DNA of 64,000 nt. Source: Naegleria gruberi. Lineage: Eukaryota. Numbering within the stretch: position 1 is the first letter of the stretch; every line of letters starts with the position of its first letter. A model generated the notes under the pieces. That model worked only from the letters and a program-made list of their open reading frames with translations, was not told where the DNA came from and did not search any database. The position numbers and the translations under genes were made by a program. This document shows positions 1-11,470 of the stretch, one piece after another. The DNA lies in the NCBI GenBank assembly GCA_000004985.1, contig GG738885.1; one strand, given 5' to 3'.

Positions 1-792
1 TTTGTTTGAATTGAGAAAAACGGTTCGCTTACCCTCAGCGCTTTAAATTCTCTGCCAAAACGACGCAGCAAACAACATCAAACTTTGCTCTCTGTGTTCT
101 CGCACACTTTATTAATAGCCGATCGACTTCGTCCAATGAAAATCAAGAGAGTTGAGATGATGATGTGATTCTCAGCGAATAAACAATCGACAGAGACATA
201 TTATTAGCCACACAGTTAAAGTTCTGTTGGAAGGGAATTTTGCTGTGTGCATCTGCTGTGTGATTATTCAATATTGGGCGTTGAATACCCTGTTGGGATT
301 TTTGAGACAATTCAAAGCCTACAGAAATTTAACCTTGATGATCAACTCGCTGTTTAGAAATGGAATTGATGACTTTTGCAGAGAAGGTTGGAAATGAGGA
401 ATTTCTCAGTAATTCACGTTGGCCGGTTGTATCAGGATTGACAAGTGGCAGATAAGAGAATTTGTTAAATGAAGGATTGAGTATTTACCCTTCTGCTCCT
501 TAGCTAGAGTTTACAAAAAGTAAGGAAAATAGCACAGATTCAATGGTCCATTCAGATTCGAATACTAATGTACAGTATTTGAATGTTATCTTGAGGTTAG
601 TTAAAAATAGAGTTTAGTAAGGAAACCTCCTTCTTCGAATAAGGATAACAATAGCAGTTCAAATTAGAAAGTTAATTTTATAAATAGCCATTCCACAAGT
701 TCTAAAATTCGAAACTAAAGTTAATTTTGGACACAGACTATAGTTCACAAGTAAAATGAAGTTTAGTTTACAATAATTGACTACAGTAAATC

Positions 793-1548
793 TTAACAAT
801 AATAAATTTCATCCTCAATAAACTCATAAATCAAAGATTCCAATCCTTTCCACTTTGATTTGAGTTTCAATCTTCTCTTGAGTGCAGAGAATTTATCACT
901 CAAAATCTTTACAATGCAAACAGTTAATGGTTGAGTGGATTCTTCATCGTGATTATCTGGACACCACATTTCTAAAAAATCTTCACTTCGTTCCACTAGC
1001 TCAATAATATCGTCATCATTGAAGTGGTTTCGTCTTGCTTCGATGAGTTCAATAGATTTTGAGAATAATTTTGGATATTGTAAAATTCTTGACAAGTCCA
1101 ATAATTTGAAGATAAATTCCAAATAATTGGTTCCTTCAATAACTGATGACAAGTCACAAGTCCAAATGTCGTACATTAGTTTGAGAGTTGTTTCCAATGC
1201 TTGACAATTTAAAGTCTTTTCACCTTGACTCATTTCATTCTTGAAGCATAATTTTACAATATCCAATGGTTTTGTATCGTCGTGGGCACTATTGGAAAGT
1301 TGCTTTCTAATAGTTTCAGAATAACTCGATAACACATCCTTATGGAGGACCAAGTTGGTCTTTCCTATCTGAATCTTTAAATCACTCGATTCCTCAATGT
1401 TAAATAGTTTGTTAATTTCTACTGGGTCAGAAATTTGTTCATTGTGTGAAATTTCATTCATCATGGTCAATTCATACACTCTACAAGTTCCTTTGAAAAG
1501 ATTTGGAAGTTTGCTTTTAGTTTCTGGTTTTTCATCGCTGTGTAATTC
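793..1548 (-). CDS. BTB/POZ + BACK-like domain segment; probable 3' part of the RCC1 gene upstream (RCBTB/IBtk-like architecture)
   Basis: ORF 793..1479 starts at an alternative start codon, and its frame stays open upstream to about 1548 (KTIKELHSDEKPETKSKLPNLFKGTCRVYELTMMNE...). The BTB-like core is NLVLHKDVLSSYSETIRKQL...IVKLCF. The frame joins the RCC1 ORF if the A5 run near 1546-1550 is read as A6. Confidence 0.5.
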   Translation of the reverse strand, partial: ELHSDEKPETKSKLPNLFKGTCRVYELTMMNEISHNEQISDPVEINKLFNIEESSDLKIQIGKTNLVLHKDVLSSYSETIRKQLSNSAHDDTKPLDIVKLCFKNEMSQGEKTLNCQALETTLKLMYDIWTCDLSSVIEGTNYLEFIFKLLDLSRILQYPKLFSKSIELIEARRNHFNDDDIIELVERSEDFLEMWCPDNHDEESTQPLTVCIVKILSDKFSALKRRLKLKSKWKGLESLIYEFIEDEIYYC

Positions 1549-1550
1549 CT

Positions 1551-4070
1551 TTATGGTCTTTTTGTAAAAGTTGCAAAATCTCTTTCCAATAGACAGAATC
1601 GAATGGGAGAAAGTGAAAGTCCTCTCAATTTCTCAATATTTAAACCCATTGCCTCTGGGTTGAATTCATCAAATTTCAATAAACTATTCATATTTGTCAT
1701 TTCATGAATCATTTCGTCAGATAATTTTGAAACATGTCTTACATTACTCGAGTTGACCTTTTCAAACAAATTTTCCAGCAAGGTTGTTTTTAAATTAATT
1801 AAATATCCAAAAGGAACACAAATTGACACTGTAAAAAGCATCTTGACAATATCCTTTGCCGATAACTCATTAAAAAATCGAGAATCAAATCGATCATTAT
1901 TAATGGTTGCATTAATTATAAATTGAACGTGTGAAATGTCGAAATGAACTGTCATCTTATCGAGTAAATTCAAGAAGTGAATCGTCATTGGACAGAATCT
2001 ATTCAGTAATGGCTTGAATATGTATAAATCTCCTGATTTAGTTTGAATTCGTGTAGATCTTGGTTCTATCAATACATTCGATTTTGAAAGCATTGACTGA
2101 TTATCAACCTTGTTCACATTTGAATTATTATAGAAAATTGTAAAACTCTCTCCACATGCAACCGAGTTAAAATCCAACTCTCCAACTTTCTCCTTTGGAA
2201 ATTTAACTCTTTTCAGATAATTCTGATACTCGTTATCTTGTATTCCATTAATGAATCCCAATCTTCCATCTTCATTCTTTCCACATGCAAAGAATTGATC
2301 CAGATAATTTACAAACACTGAGTGGTGATAACCACAAGTCAGGTTTTTAAAACTATTCTTTGAACTTTCGCCATCTCCAAAAGTAATAAACTTGAAAGTT
2401 GGATTTGTCACATGAGTCTTGAATGAGGATAAGGAACCAACAGAGTAAATATCAGTCCTAGATCTAGGACTGTCATTATGTGAATCTGCAGAGAATGGTC
2501 GAGGAGAACACAAATCCTGAAATAAATTTGAAGGAGAATAATTTGGATTCGAATGAAAAATGTAAATTTTCTTGGAAGAGTTTGAAATAGCCAATGTAAA
2601 ATAAATTCCACTACTCAATTGGTCCACTTTCTCATTAAGAGGAACTTTCTTAAAGAATGGAATGATTGAATTCTTTCTATACATGGTTGACCTCTTTTCT
2701 TCAGGCATTGTTGATACATCCACAACTGATGCAGCATCATTCATATCACCACCAATTCCACAACTGAAAATTTCACCATCCATTGATAAAATTGCAGCTG
2801 TGTCTATATTAAAAGAAATTGATTTGATTGGAATGTTGAAGAGTGGAATTTGTGTAAAGACTGAAATTTTAGTCTTGTGAAGAAAAAGTCCCAATTGAGC
2901 ATTTGCATTCGATCCACATACGAAAACTTCTCTTTTTGAAGTGATTATTGCAGAATTATTGAACTGACAATGAATATCATCAATATGTTGATCCTTATTC
3001 AGGTAAAAATTGACTTTTGAAAAGACAAATCGATCACTAAAATCACCCAATCCCAATTGACCATCATTATTCCTTCCCGTTGAATAAACATCCCCATTCT
3101 GAGTCACAATCATTGTGTGCTTATCTCCACATGAAACCAACTTGACATTGTACAAATTTTTCAAATTCAAATTTCTAGAAATTGTCCTCGAAGGTCTCCT
3201 CATTGGTAACATGGGTTTTCCAATACTCTCAACGAGTGGTAAGAGGTTAGTGAGATGGACCTCTCTCAGGAAATTCAATTCCAAATCTTCGTGTGGTTCC
3301 AATTCGGATTGTATATGAGAAAGTGTGGAAGGAGAAGACGAAACTCTTGGTGAGTGAATAGGTGTAATGTCTGGAACATCAGAGTCACTTCCAATCGAAT
3401 CATTACTCGAATTTAAATCGGAATTTTGACCCCTTCTATGAGTTATTGTTTTAGGAATTCCCAATTGACCGAAATCATTCCATCCAGAACAGAATAATCT
3501 TCCACCATGTGTTAAAATCATGTAATGTTTGGATCCACATGAAATTTTCTTAATTTTCTCTCCAAATGGAATTGTTTTATAATAATTCAATCGATCCCTT
3601 AATGAAATTGTCGGCAATAACGTTGCTGACTTTCCCATATAATTATCCGAATGTTGTTTTGATTTTTGCTGTTGTTGAATAAATTCCAATCTCTTTTGCT
3701 GTTCTCGAGATGTGTTGTAAATTGAGCCACACAACAGGAGTCCGTCAAATTTTCCTCTTGACGAATCTTCATAACATGTTTGATTTGCAGCTTCACTATT
3801 AGACGATTCGAAACTTTGATTTAGAGTTTGGTTTAGGTTAGTTTCCTTGTTGTTGATTTCAACACGGAGTAGTGGTGGTGTATTATCGGCATCTAGAGAA
3901 GATGCTTGACTTGTTGCTGATGAATAGGAAGAAGCATCTTCTTCATCTCCTTTCCCACAATCATTATTCGAATGAACGTTTAGAAAATTATTCGAATTCA
4001 TTAAATACCCATCATCACTATATTCCAAAACACTACTGATCGAAAGAGAAGGAACTCTTTTCTTATCCAT
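1551..4070 (-). CDS. RCC1-repeat (regulator of chromosome condensation-like) protein, N-terminal S-rich low complexity region
   Basis: 839-aa ORF with ATG at 4068-4070. Several RCC1 blades are seen directly: SCGSKHYMILTHGGRLFCSGWNDFGQLG and KLVSCGDKHTMIVTQNGDVYSTGRNNDGQLGLGDFSDR. The C-terminal 150 aa looks BTB-like. This is probably the same gene as 793..1548 (see finding). Confidence 0.8.
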   Translation of the reverse strand: MDKKRVPSLSISSVLEYSDDGYLMNSNNFLNVHSNNDCGKGDEEDASSYSSATSQASSLDADNTPPLLRVEINNKETNLNQTLNQSFESSNSEAANQTCYEDSSRGKFDGLLLCGSIYNTSREQQKRLEFIQQQQKSKQHSDNYMGKSATLLPTISLRDRLNYYKTIPFGEKIKKISCGSKHYMILTHGGRLFCSGWNDFGQLGIPKTITHRRGQNSDLNSSNDSIGSDSDVPDITPIHSPRVSSSPSTLSHIQSELEPHEDLELNFLREVHLTNLLPLVESIGKPMLPMRRPSRTISRNLNLKNLYNVKLVSCGDKHTMIVTQNGDVYSTGRNNDGQLGLGDFSDRFVFSKVNFYLNKDQHIDDIHCQFNNSAIITSKREVFVCGSNANAQLGLFLHKTKISVFTQIPLFNIPIKSISFNIDTAAILSMDGEIFSCGIGGDMNDAASVVDVSTMPEEKRSTMYRKNSIIPFFKKVPLNEKVDQLSSGIYFTLAISNSSKKIYIFHSNPNYSPSNLFQDLCSPRPFSADSHNDSPRSRTDIYSVGSLSSFKTHVTNPTFKFITFGDGESSKNSFKNLTCGYHHSVFVNYLDQFFACGKNEDGRLGFINGIQDNEYQNYLKRVKFPKEKVGELDFNSVACGESFTIFYNNSNVNKVDNQSMLSKSNVLIEPRSTRIQTKSGDLYIFKPLLNRFCPMTIHFLNLLDKMTVHFDISHVQFIINATINNDRFDSRFFNELSAKDIVKMLFTVSICVPFGYLINLKTTLLENLFEKVNSSNVRHVSKLSDEMIHEMTNMNSLLKFDEFNPEAMGLNIEKLRGLSLSPIRFCLLERDFATFTKRP

Positions 4071-4723
4071 TTTTTAATGATGACAAGATTGCAATCAATA
4101 ATAATACACTTTCGAATAGTTTTTTTCACAGTGTCTACAACTACCCTTTCTGCCTGTTTTTTTAGAACTGTATTGATGTTGCCATGACAGCAAACTTTGA
4201 CTCTTTGCTAGTTGATACCTTTTTTGGAAGATGGATGATTACTATTTAACAAATGAGCCAGTTGAAGTATTTCCACAACGTAAAAAAAGATTTTAGGAAT
4301 GAAAGAGATAAAAAAATTTTTGAAAATTATTAAATATCGAAAATCGAGTTTTGATAATGAAGGAATTGATGAGGAAAAGCAAAACTGAAATTGGAAAGGA
4401 ATGGGAGATGGGTTATTGGTGTGGAGATTTGATGGATTTTTATGGATGTTGTATGACAAAAGTATGGTTGGACTTGTTGTTTATTGATTGGATGGGTTAT
4501 TTAGTAAGGTTTCTTTAGTATACACATTACAATATATTCGAAACTTGTAAAATTATAAAATGTGAAAAAAACATAGATGATGAAATATGTTATCTTCGAT
4601 CATTTTGACCTTAGAGGAAATCCGCCTTTAAGTTTATTAACAAAGAGATGATGACGCGCTTAATGCGATACTGAACACATTTTAATTGACACCTGAATTA
4701 ATTTCTCTGACATTTAGAAAAAA

Positions 4724-6562
4724 ATGCAAAGAAGGTTCCAACATCAAACTCTCAAGAATTTATTCTCCGTGCTTCATCAACAACAAGATCAAATCCTGTT
4801 GAGAAAATTCTCATATTCTTCTTCAGTTTCCAATTCAGCTGAAACTAAAGTTCAACAAGACGAAACAGCAAAATGTCCTTACCACCAACAAAAACAAGAG
4901 AAAATTCTCACCTTTGATGATCTCCCTGGTCCTAAAGGTTTACCACTCGTTGGAAGTCTCTTTGATTTGATGAGAGCTTCGAATGGAATTCAAAATTATT
5001 TTTCACAACTTGTTGGTGATTATGGTAAAACTGTCAAGATCAAATTGTTGAATAAGAGAATGATCATTACACAGGATCCTGATTTGGCTAATGAAATTGC
5101 AAAACAGGATGAAGGAAGAGAAACTCTTGAACCAGGTAAGTTTTCTTCACATTGAGTTGATAATTTTAATTTGAATAGCAAGAAAATTCAAGGTTGAAAG
5201 AGGATTGCCTCAGAATCCAGTCGAATCTTACAATTATGAAGATTGGTATGATATGAGACAATTGTATAATATTGCAATGCGTAAGTTGACTATTTATTGA
5301 GATTGCCAAAATTTATATGGATAGGTCCTGAATTTGTTCAAAATGTTATCATTCCACAATTAACTGAACTCAATAGTGAATTTTTACAATATCTCACCAA
5401 AAATTTGGCCTATGACAAGGAGAAGGATCATTTCGAATTACAAAATGGAACAAGAGTTGTCAATAGATATACTTTCAATTCTGTTGTAAAGGTTTTCATG
5501 GGTGCCAAGATGACCGATGAAGCTGCCTCAAAGCTCTCTTACTCAATTGATGAATTTGTTAATTTGGTTGTTGTGTTTTTGGATAACATTTTGAAACTCC
5601 AAAATGGATCTCAACTTTACAAATTATTTAAAACCAAGGAATATCGTGATATGGAAAATGGATATGAATTGGGATTGAATAGATCAAAGGAATGTATTGA
5701 CATGTTTGATAAGGGTGAATATGCTGGAAAACCAAGAATGAAAGAACTCATTGAAGAAAGAGCTTCAAAATTCCAAGATAACAAGGATAAGCAACTCTAT
5801 GTAAATGTTGTGTTGAGCTCCTTCTTGATGGCTGGTGTTGATATCACTGCTCGTACCATAGTAGGTGAGTATTCTTTGTATTGAGAATTTTTCAATAATT
5901 CAATTTTAATGTGTTTGTTGTTTTGTGGAATAGTCTTAATGTATAGATTGGCCACTGAGAAGGAATTCCAAGAGAAACTCTACCAAGAAACTGTTGAAGT
6001 ATTTGGAGAACCAACATTGGATGAATTGACTTCAGAAAATGGTCTCACAATCACTCCAGAAACTTTGAAGAAACTCAAGTTATGCAGAGCCTTTGCAGAT
6101 GAAAGTTTGAGATTGAATCACATCATTAAATCGACAAGCACCAGACAATTGAGTAAGGATATTGTTGCTAGTGGAATTAAGATTGAACAGGGCACAACTG
6201 TCATGTTCTTGGAAGATCCTGCCAGGTATCAACAATGGGTTAAAAAGAGTACTGAATTCATTCCTGAAAGACATGAAAGAGGTTCTGACCTTGCCGTTCC
6301 AAAGACATTCTCTGGACCTTTCGGTAAAGGAGCTAGAAAATGTCCTGGTGAAAGAGTTGCCTTTACTGAAATTTACTTTGCCTTGATTAATCTTGCAAGA
6401 CATTTCAGATTATCTCACTCTAATGGAAACACTCTTCCTCCACTCAATGAAACCACAACTTTGGGGTATTTGGATATGAATAAGTATCATTTGTATTTCA
6501 AACCAAGAGAGCATTTGGCTGAATACTTTGAACAATTAAAGAAGACCCAAGCAAAACATTAA
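4724..6562 (+). CDS. cytochrome P450 (mitochondrial-presequence-like N-terminus), 4 exons
   Basis: Exons are 4724..5135, 5179..5280, 5325..5864 and 5934..6562. All junctions are phase-consistent GTAAGT/GTGAGT...AG. Exon 2 carries the C-helix WxxxR motif (EDWYDMRQ). Exon 4 carries ExxR (ADESLRL) and the heme-Cys loop FGKGARKCPGERVAFTEI. Confidence 0.9.
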
Positions 6563-7148
6563 TTTGCATGTGGGATTTTGTACTAGAAAGTCAAATAAAC
6601 AATGTTATTATTGAACACCCATGAGGACTAGTAAAACGACAAAGATGATATTCCATATATGCCATTGATGTTAATTTTTTTGTAATCTCCTTCGTTCATC
6701 TGGTTGTGATTCTAATCAAGAATGTTTACAATACCAAACAATGATTTAGAAATGAATCCATTTAAAGACCTACCCTCTATCTATTCAGAATTGAAAACTC
6801 CTCAGTAATAATGTATTTCATACTCTCCCAATAATACACCCTCAATTATATTCTTCATAAAATCCTATTAAACTTCCTCTCCTCAATATTCCATTATCAT
6901 CATCACTACAACCTTCTCTCCCTATTACATAACACCTCCAGAAGAACATTCCTCCAATAATAACAGCACGTTTATCAACTTCTTACTTTGAGGCTTATTT
7001 AAAATTGTTTGTGCTTTAGAGAAATTTTTTAAAGTTTGAAAAAAATCAGCGAAGAGCTTTTGATAGGTCGGCACCTCATCGTTAGCACAACAACAACAAA
7101 ATAATATTGATTATTGCTGCATCAATAGAATCATCAGATATATAGAAT

Positions 7149-8326
7149 ATGAGTCGTCCAATTAATGTGGATCCGATAGCGTCTGGATCATACGGAGCCA
7201 TTGAATCGAGTAAAAAGTTTGATAAACCAAAGGATGCTGGTAAAACAGAATTATTTATTGATGAGAGGGATTTTAGGAAGGACGATGATTTGGAGGAAAA
7301 TTATAGAATTGTTGATGAAGGGAAGAAAAAATCGGCAGCACGAAAGCTTTGTTTGAGTATTGTGAAGGCTTTTGTTATCTTGTTGCTTTTTGCAGTTTTT
7401 GTTGGTATTGTCGTTTTGATTGTTGAATTGGTTGAATTGTTCCACACAAGTCAGGTGAGTTTTTCATTGTCACACCATATATCAATGATGGAATTAATGT
7501 GCTTGTACAATTATTATTATTATTATTGAATATTATTATAATTATTTGAAAATTATTGAATCACACATGATGAAAATATCTATTGGAATGTTCGGAATAA
7601 TGATAACAGGTTGCTGATTTGAATATTCACTTTAAATTGAGTGCTGAATGTGAAGCATCTGCAATGGATATCAATAATATTATTACTGGTTTGGATAAGA
7701 ATCAACAAATTAACTTTAATGTTACCCAACAACCACACGTTACTTTATACTTGACAAGATTCCTCAGTGAATTTACTGACACTATTATTTCAAGTGTCAA
7801 TCAAACATTACTTGCTGAAAGTAAACTTTACAATCTGACTGATTGTACTGCCACTACCAATACATTTGTCAATGTAACTGGTTCCTATGCATTATGGAAC
7901 ATGCCAATTCCAGCTTGTTTACAAAGAATGAGTGATATCATTGTAAATGCCACTTCTCAATTTGTAGATCCTAGAGTTAAGAACACTATTCCATCATGGG
8001 TCAATAATTTACCAAATGCTCTCAAGGAAGTTAAAATCAAAATGATTCACTTTTATGGATCTCCAAATGTTTATTCTCAATTCCAACCTCAGTAAGTTTT
8101 TCAAATATATATTTCAATTTTGAATCTCATACATTTATACAGTGTGACAGTTGCTCACGACGACGTCAATCCAAAGGAATTAGAACATGCCTTTGCCACC
8201 TTAGGACCTGTCCAATCATGCTCCTTCAAGATTAAGACCATTGCTATTGGCCAAACTGGCGATTATGGTACTGTTTTGAGAGGAAAGGACATTGCCTCTT
8301 TTGATCTTTCTCAATATTCCAATTAA
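7149..8326 (+). CDS. 2H phosphoesterase-superfamily protein (LigT/cyclic phosphodiesterase-like) with N-terminal signal-anchor TM, 3 exons
   Basis: Exons are 7149..7454, 7610..8091 and 8143..8326 (donors GTGAGT at 7455 and GTAAGT at 8092). A hydrophobic anchor LLLFAVFVGIVVLIVELV is present. The first H-x-T-x motif is QQPHVTLYL. The second, FQPHVTVAH, is formed only across the exon 2/3 junction (ca|t gtg aca). Confidence 0.55.
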
Positions 8327-8697
8327 TTAATCTATGTTAATATATTAAACATTTCAAATTATTATTTTGTAACATTTATTGTAAAACATTCACAAAATCA
8401 TCACATAATGCTACAAGTTGTTAACAATCTATTTTTAAAAAAAAATAAAAAGTTTGGCGCTCTCTTTGTGTCCTTCATCACCAAGATCAAACTTTTTCGG
8501 GATCACAGAGAACAAATCCTTTGATTGCGATTTTACAGCAATCATTTGATAACTAACAACACATCTTATTACCTATATTGATAATATTAAACATATATAA
8601 TAGACGAGAAATATTGTAATTTAATAACAAACATTACCTCAAGAAACGCTAGAGAGAATTTATCACATCCTAATCACACTGATTTAATTGTAAAATT

Positions 8698-10194
8698 ATG
8701 CTTCCATCATCATCAAATAATAATATATTCACTACTCCCCAATTACCTTCTGCATCCTCATCAACACCAAGTGGAAATAATGGCATGATACCGTCCTTTC
8801 AAAGTAATAATAATAATAATACTAGTAGTAGTAGTGTGGATTCACAACAACAACAACATCAATATTCATCACACCTCCAACCCACCTTTTCAAATCATCC
8901 TCCCTATCATTCTATTCATTCAACAGCTAGTAATGGACCTGGACTCTCCCATCATCATCACCATCATGGACATCATCAAGCCTCTCTCCAACCTCCAATC
9001 CCGATCATGAATGGAAATCAAAAGATTCCCAATGCAAATAATAGATTTGTTTTTCCAACACATCCATCCATGTTAATGATGAGTAATCCTTCACAACATC
9101 CCTATATGCCTCCACATCATGGTGGTGTAATGCCATCCTCCTCCACAGCTCAACAACCTCCTTCTCAATACTCTCAAGAAGTAGTATCAAATTCTAGGAC
9201 AATACCCCCAAATGTTAATAATATTCCAATGAATACTACCGTAAAATATAGTAATAGTACAATAATGAATAACAAGTATTCGACAACTATAGCTGATAAC
9301 TCAATCCCAACAACAACACCACAAGAATCCTACATATCAACAACAGTTCCATCAACAGCTTTACCTGTTTGGCAAAATTTAGTGTCTGAAATGGTCAACC
9401 CAACATCTAAAAAACCAAAGAATGAACTCCCACTCGCCAGAATTAAAAAGATTATGAAATCAGATGAAGAAGTAAGAACTAAAACAATGATTAGTGCAGA
9501 GGCACCAGTATTATTTGCCAAAGCATGTGAAATGTTTATTATTGAACTCACACTTCATGCATGGGTTCACACAGAGGAATCAAAAAGAAGAACACTCCAG
9601 AGAAATGATATTGCTGCAGCAATTGGAAAGACAGACATCTTTGACTTTTTGATAGATATTGTTCCGAGAGAGAATGAAAAACCAGCAACCAACTCTAATA
9701 GTCATCAACAATCTTCACACAGTCATCATCAACATGCCTCCAACAGTGGTGGAGGTGGAAAAGGAGTTTCTGCTACTGCTTCCTATCATCACAATCAACA
9801 AACATCACTTCCACAACAACAACAATTAATTGATCCACAAGAAGAAGAACACAATACTGTCGAAGAGGAAATTGATGATGAGGATGGTTTTCAAATTGAT
9901 GATGAAGATGACACTCATTCCGATGATGAATTCGAGCCACCTCAACAAGATATTACTCCAACAAAGAATGAAGATGTCTCCAAGCTGCTTTTGCCATCCC
10001 TAGATCCAAAGAATATGAGCGGAGAAAACTCTATCAAATTTGTACCAGGTCTTGGTGTTATTGGTTCTTCACAGAAACAAGCGAATATCGAACGAGAGAC
10101 AAGTGCTATACTTGTAGATGCTCCCGAGCTGACATCAGAGCCTAGCCAATTCTTAGATGATTCCCAGACATTCCTTCCACTCGATAATCAATAA
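8698..10194 (+). CDS. NFYC: CCAAT-binding factor subunit C (NF-YC/HAP5) histone-fold protein with long Q/N/S/H-rich flanks
   Basis: The histone-fold core [82 protein letters not shown] matches the NF-YC family signature almost residue for residue. An ATG is at 8698. There is a poly-His run and an acidic C-terminus. Confidence 0.9.
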   Translation: MLPSSSNNNIFTTPQLPSASSSTPSGNNGMIPSFQSNNNNNTSSSSVDSQQQQHQYSSHLQPTFSNHPPYHSIHSTASNGPGLSHHHHHHGHHQASLQPPIPIMNGNQKIPNANNRFVFPTHPSMLMMSNPSQHPYMPPHHGGVMPSSSTAQQPPSQYSQEVVSNSRTIPPNVNNIPMNTTVKYSNSTIMNNKYSTTIADNSIPTTTPQESYISTTVPSTALPVWQNLVSEMVNPTSKKPKNELPLARIKKIMKSDEEVRTKTMISAEAPVLFAKACEMFIIELTLHAWVHTEESKRRTLQRNDIAAAIGKTDIFDFLIDIVPRENEKPATNSNSHQQSSHSHHQHASNSGGGGKGVSATASYHHNQQTSLPQQQQLIDPQEEEHNTVEEEIDDEDGFQIDDEDDTHSDDEFEPPQQDITPTKNEDVSKLLLPSLDPKNMSGENSIKFVPGLGVIGSSQKQANIERETSAILVDAPELTSEPSQFLDDSQTFLPLDNQ

Positions 10195-10452
10195 ATTATT
10201 GAACAATGGTTGTTACATTTACGTTTTTTCGTTATTTAGAGCAAGCAATAGGGAAAAGAAAATTGCTGCTGAAATTGAGTGAAATGGATATCTTGGTAGC
10301 AAACTTTCGGAGAATGTATAATTTAACTACAACATTTAATATAACTACTACAATGTTTGCGCATCATGGAATTAATACTAACAAACTTCATCAACTGCGC
10401 AATTATAATAACCAAAACCATCATGAATTTTAATATGATTTATTGGTTAAAT

Positions 10453-10710
10453 TTAATCAGTCTTAACTCTGAAAGAGCAACCTTCAGTCAAACGGGCCTT
10501 ACCACCGGTTGGTTGGCACAAGACAGTTGAACAAGTACCACACAAAACGACTCTCTTAGCATGGGAGAAAACAGTGGTGATCTTATAACAACCTGGACAC
10601 TTAACATCCATGAAGAAAGAGTTTGGAGTTGGGATCAATCTCTTCAACTTATGTTGAGTAGCTTGTTGCTTGGCATTAGGATAAAGGAGATCTTCTTCTA
10701 AAAAGCCCAT
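10453..10710 (-). CDS. RPS27: 40S ribosomal protein S27e
   Basis: The 85-aa product contains [49 protein letters not shown], including the C4 zinc knuckle. It is a single exon. Confidence 0.95.
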   Translation of the reverse strand: MGFLEEDLLYPNAKQQATQHKLKRLIPTPNSFFMDVKCPGCYKITTVFSHAKRVVLCGTCSTVLCQPTGGKARLTEGCSFRVKTD

Positions 10711-11470
10711 GGTGATATTGTTGATTTTTTTTCGAACAAGAAAAATGAATTTTGGTTGATATGAATTTTACAATGAAAACTCACTAGCTAGGCAAACAAT
10801 AAAAAATTTGTTATCTTACCATCTACTCCTTGTTGTGCTGTTGTGATAACCTTCCAAGAAACTAATTTTGATAAGAAGGAATTGGTAAATTAATAGGAAA
10901 GTACTAAGAGGAATATCTTGGATATCTTCTAAATTATTGTTGAACATACTTGCATAGATTGAATTATAGTATTGCAATGTTTCAATCTAATCATGGAAGA
11001 GGAGAAGCCTCTCCAAGTCTATTCACTCACATCAGGGATTGGCTCTTCTCGCATAATGAACACAATTTGGATCTGTGTGGTGGCTTGGAAACTATTCGTC
11101 AATGTTTATCTCGATCGAAGGCTTTCCAATTTTCGTAGGTTTTTCTCTTCTTTGATCATCTTGATATTTATTGTCTGTGATGGAATTAAACAATTAATAA
11201 TAACGGATTAATTAACTATGGAATGATATGGAATAATTTAATGCCAATGATGAGAATAGGAATAATCTTCGTTATCAAATCTATAAAACAATTACTCAAG
11301 TGGAGGGGAAATCTTTCTATCAACAATTCATCAAACATTGTCCAAACTTGAAATTAACAATTGAGCAACATGAATCAACCGATGAAGAAGGAGAACAAGA
11401 TAACCTCTCTGTTAATTTGAACTATTCAACTCTATTTAATTGTTATTTAAACGTAAAACACTTGTCCAAG

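Noticed and set aside
2408-3796. Small ORFs on both strands inside the RCC1 gene (2408..2611, 2662..2880, 3115..3318, 3599..3796)
   Set aside because: They are fully nested in or antisense to a long, well-supported CDS and have no motifs.
6080-6403. ORFs 6080..6403 (-) and 6162..6386 (+) inside P450 exon 4
   Set aside because: They overlap the heme-binding region of the P450 in other frames or on the other strand, and are spurious.
10206-10433. 75-aa ORF downstream of NF-YC
   Set aside because: It starts at a non-ATG codon and lies in the 3' flank of NF-YC. It is AT-rich low-complexity sequence and probably 3' UTR.
10950-11211. Two overlapping small ORFs upstream of the 11471 gene
   Set aside because: No ATG-to-splice-donor path links them in phase to the downstream ORF, and they have no motifs. 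They could be 5' UTR or a missed exon, but this is not supportable.
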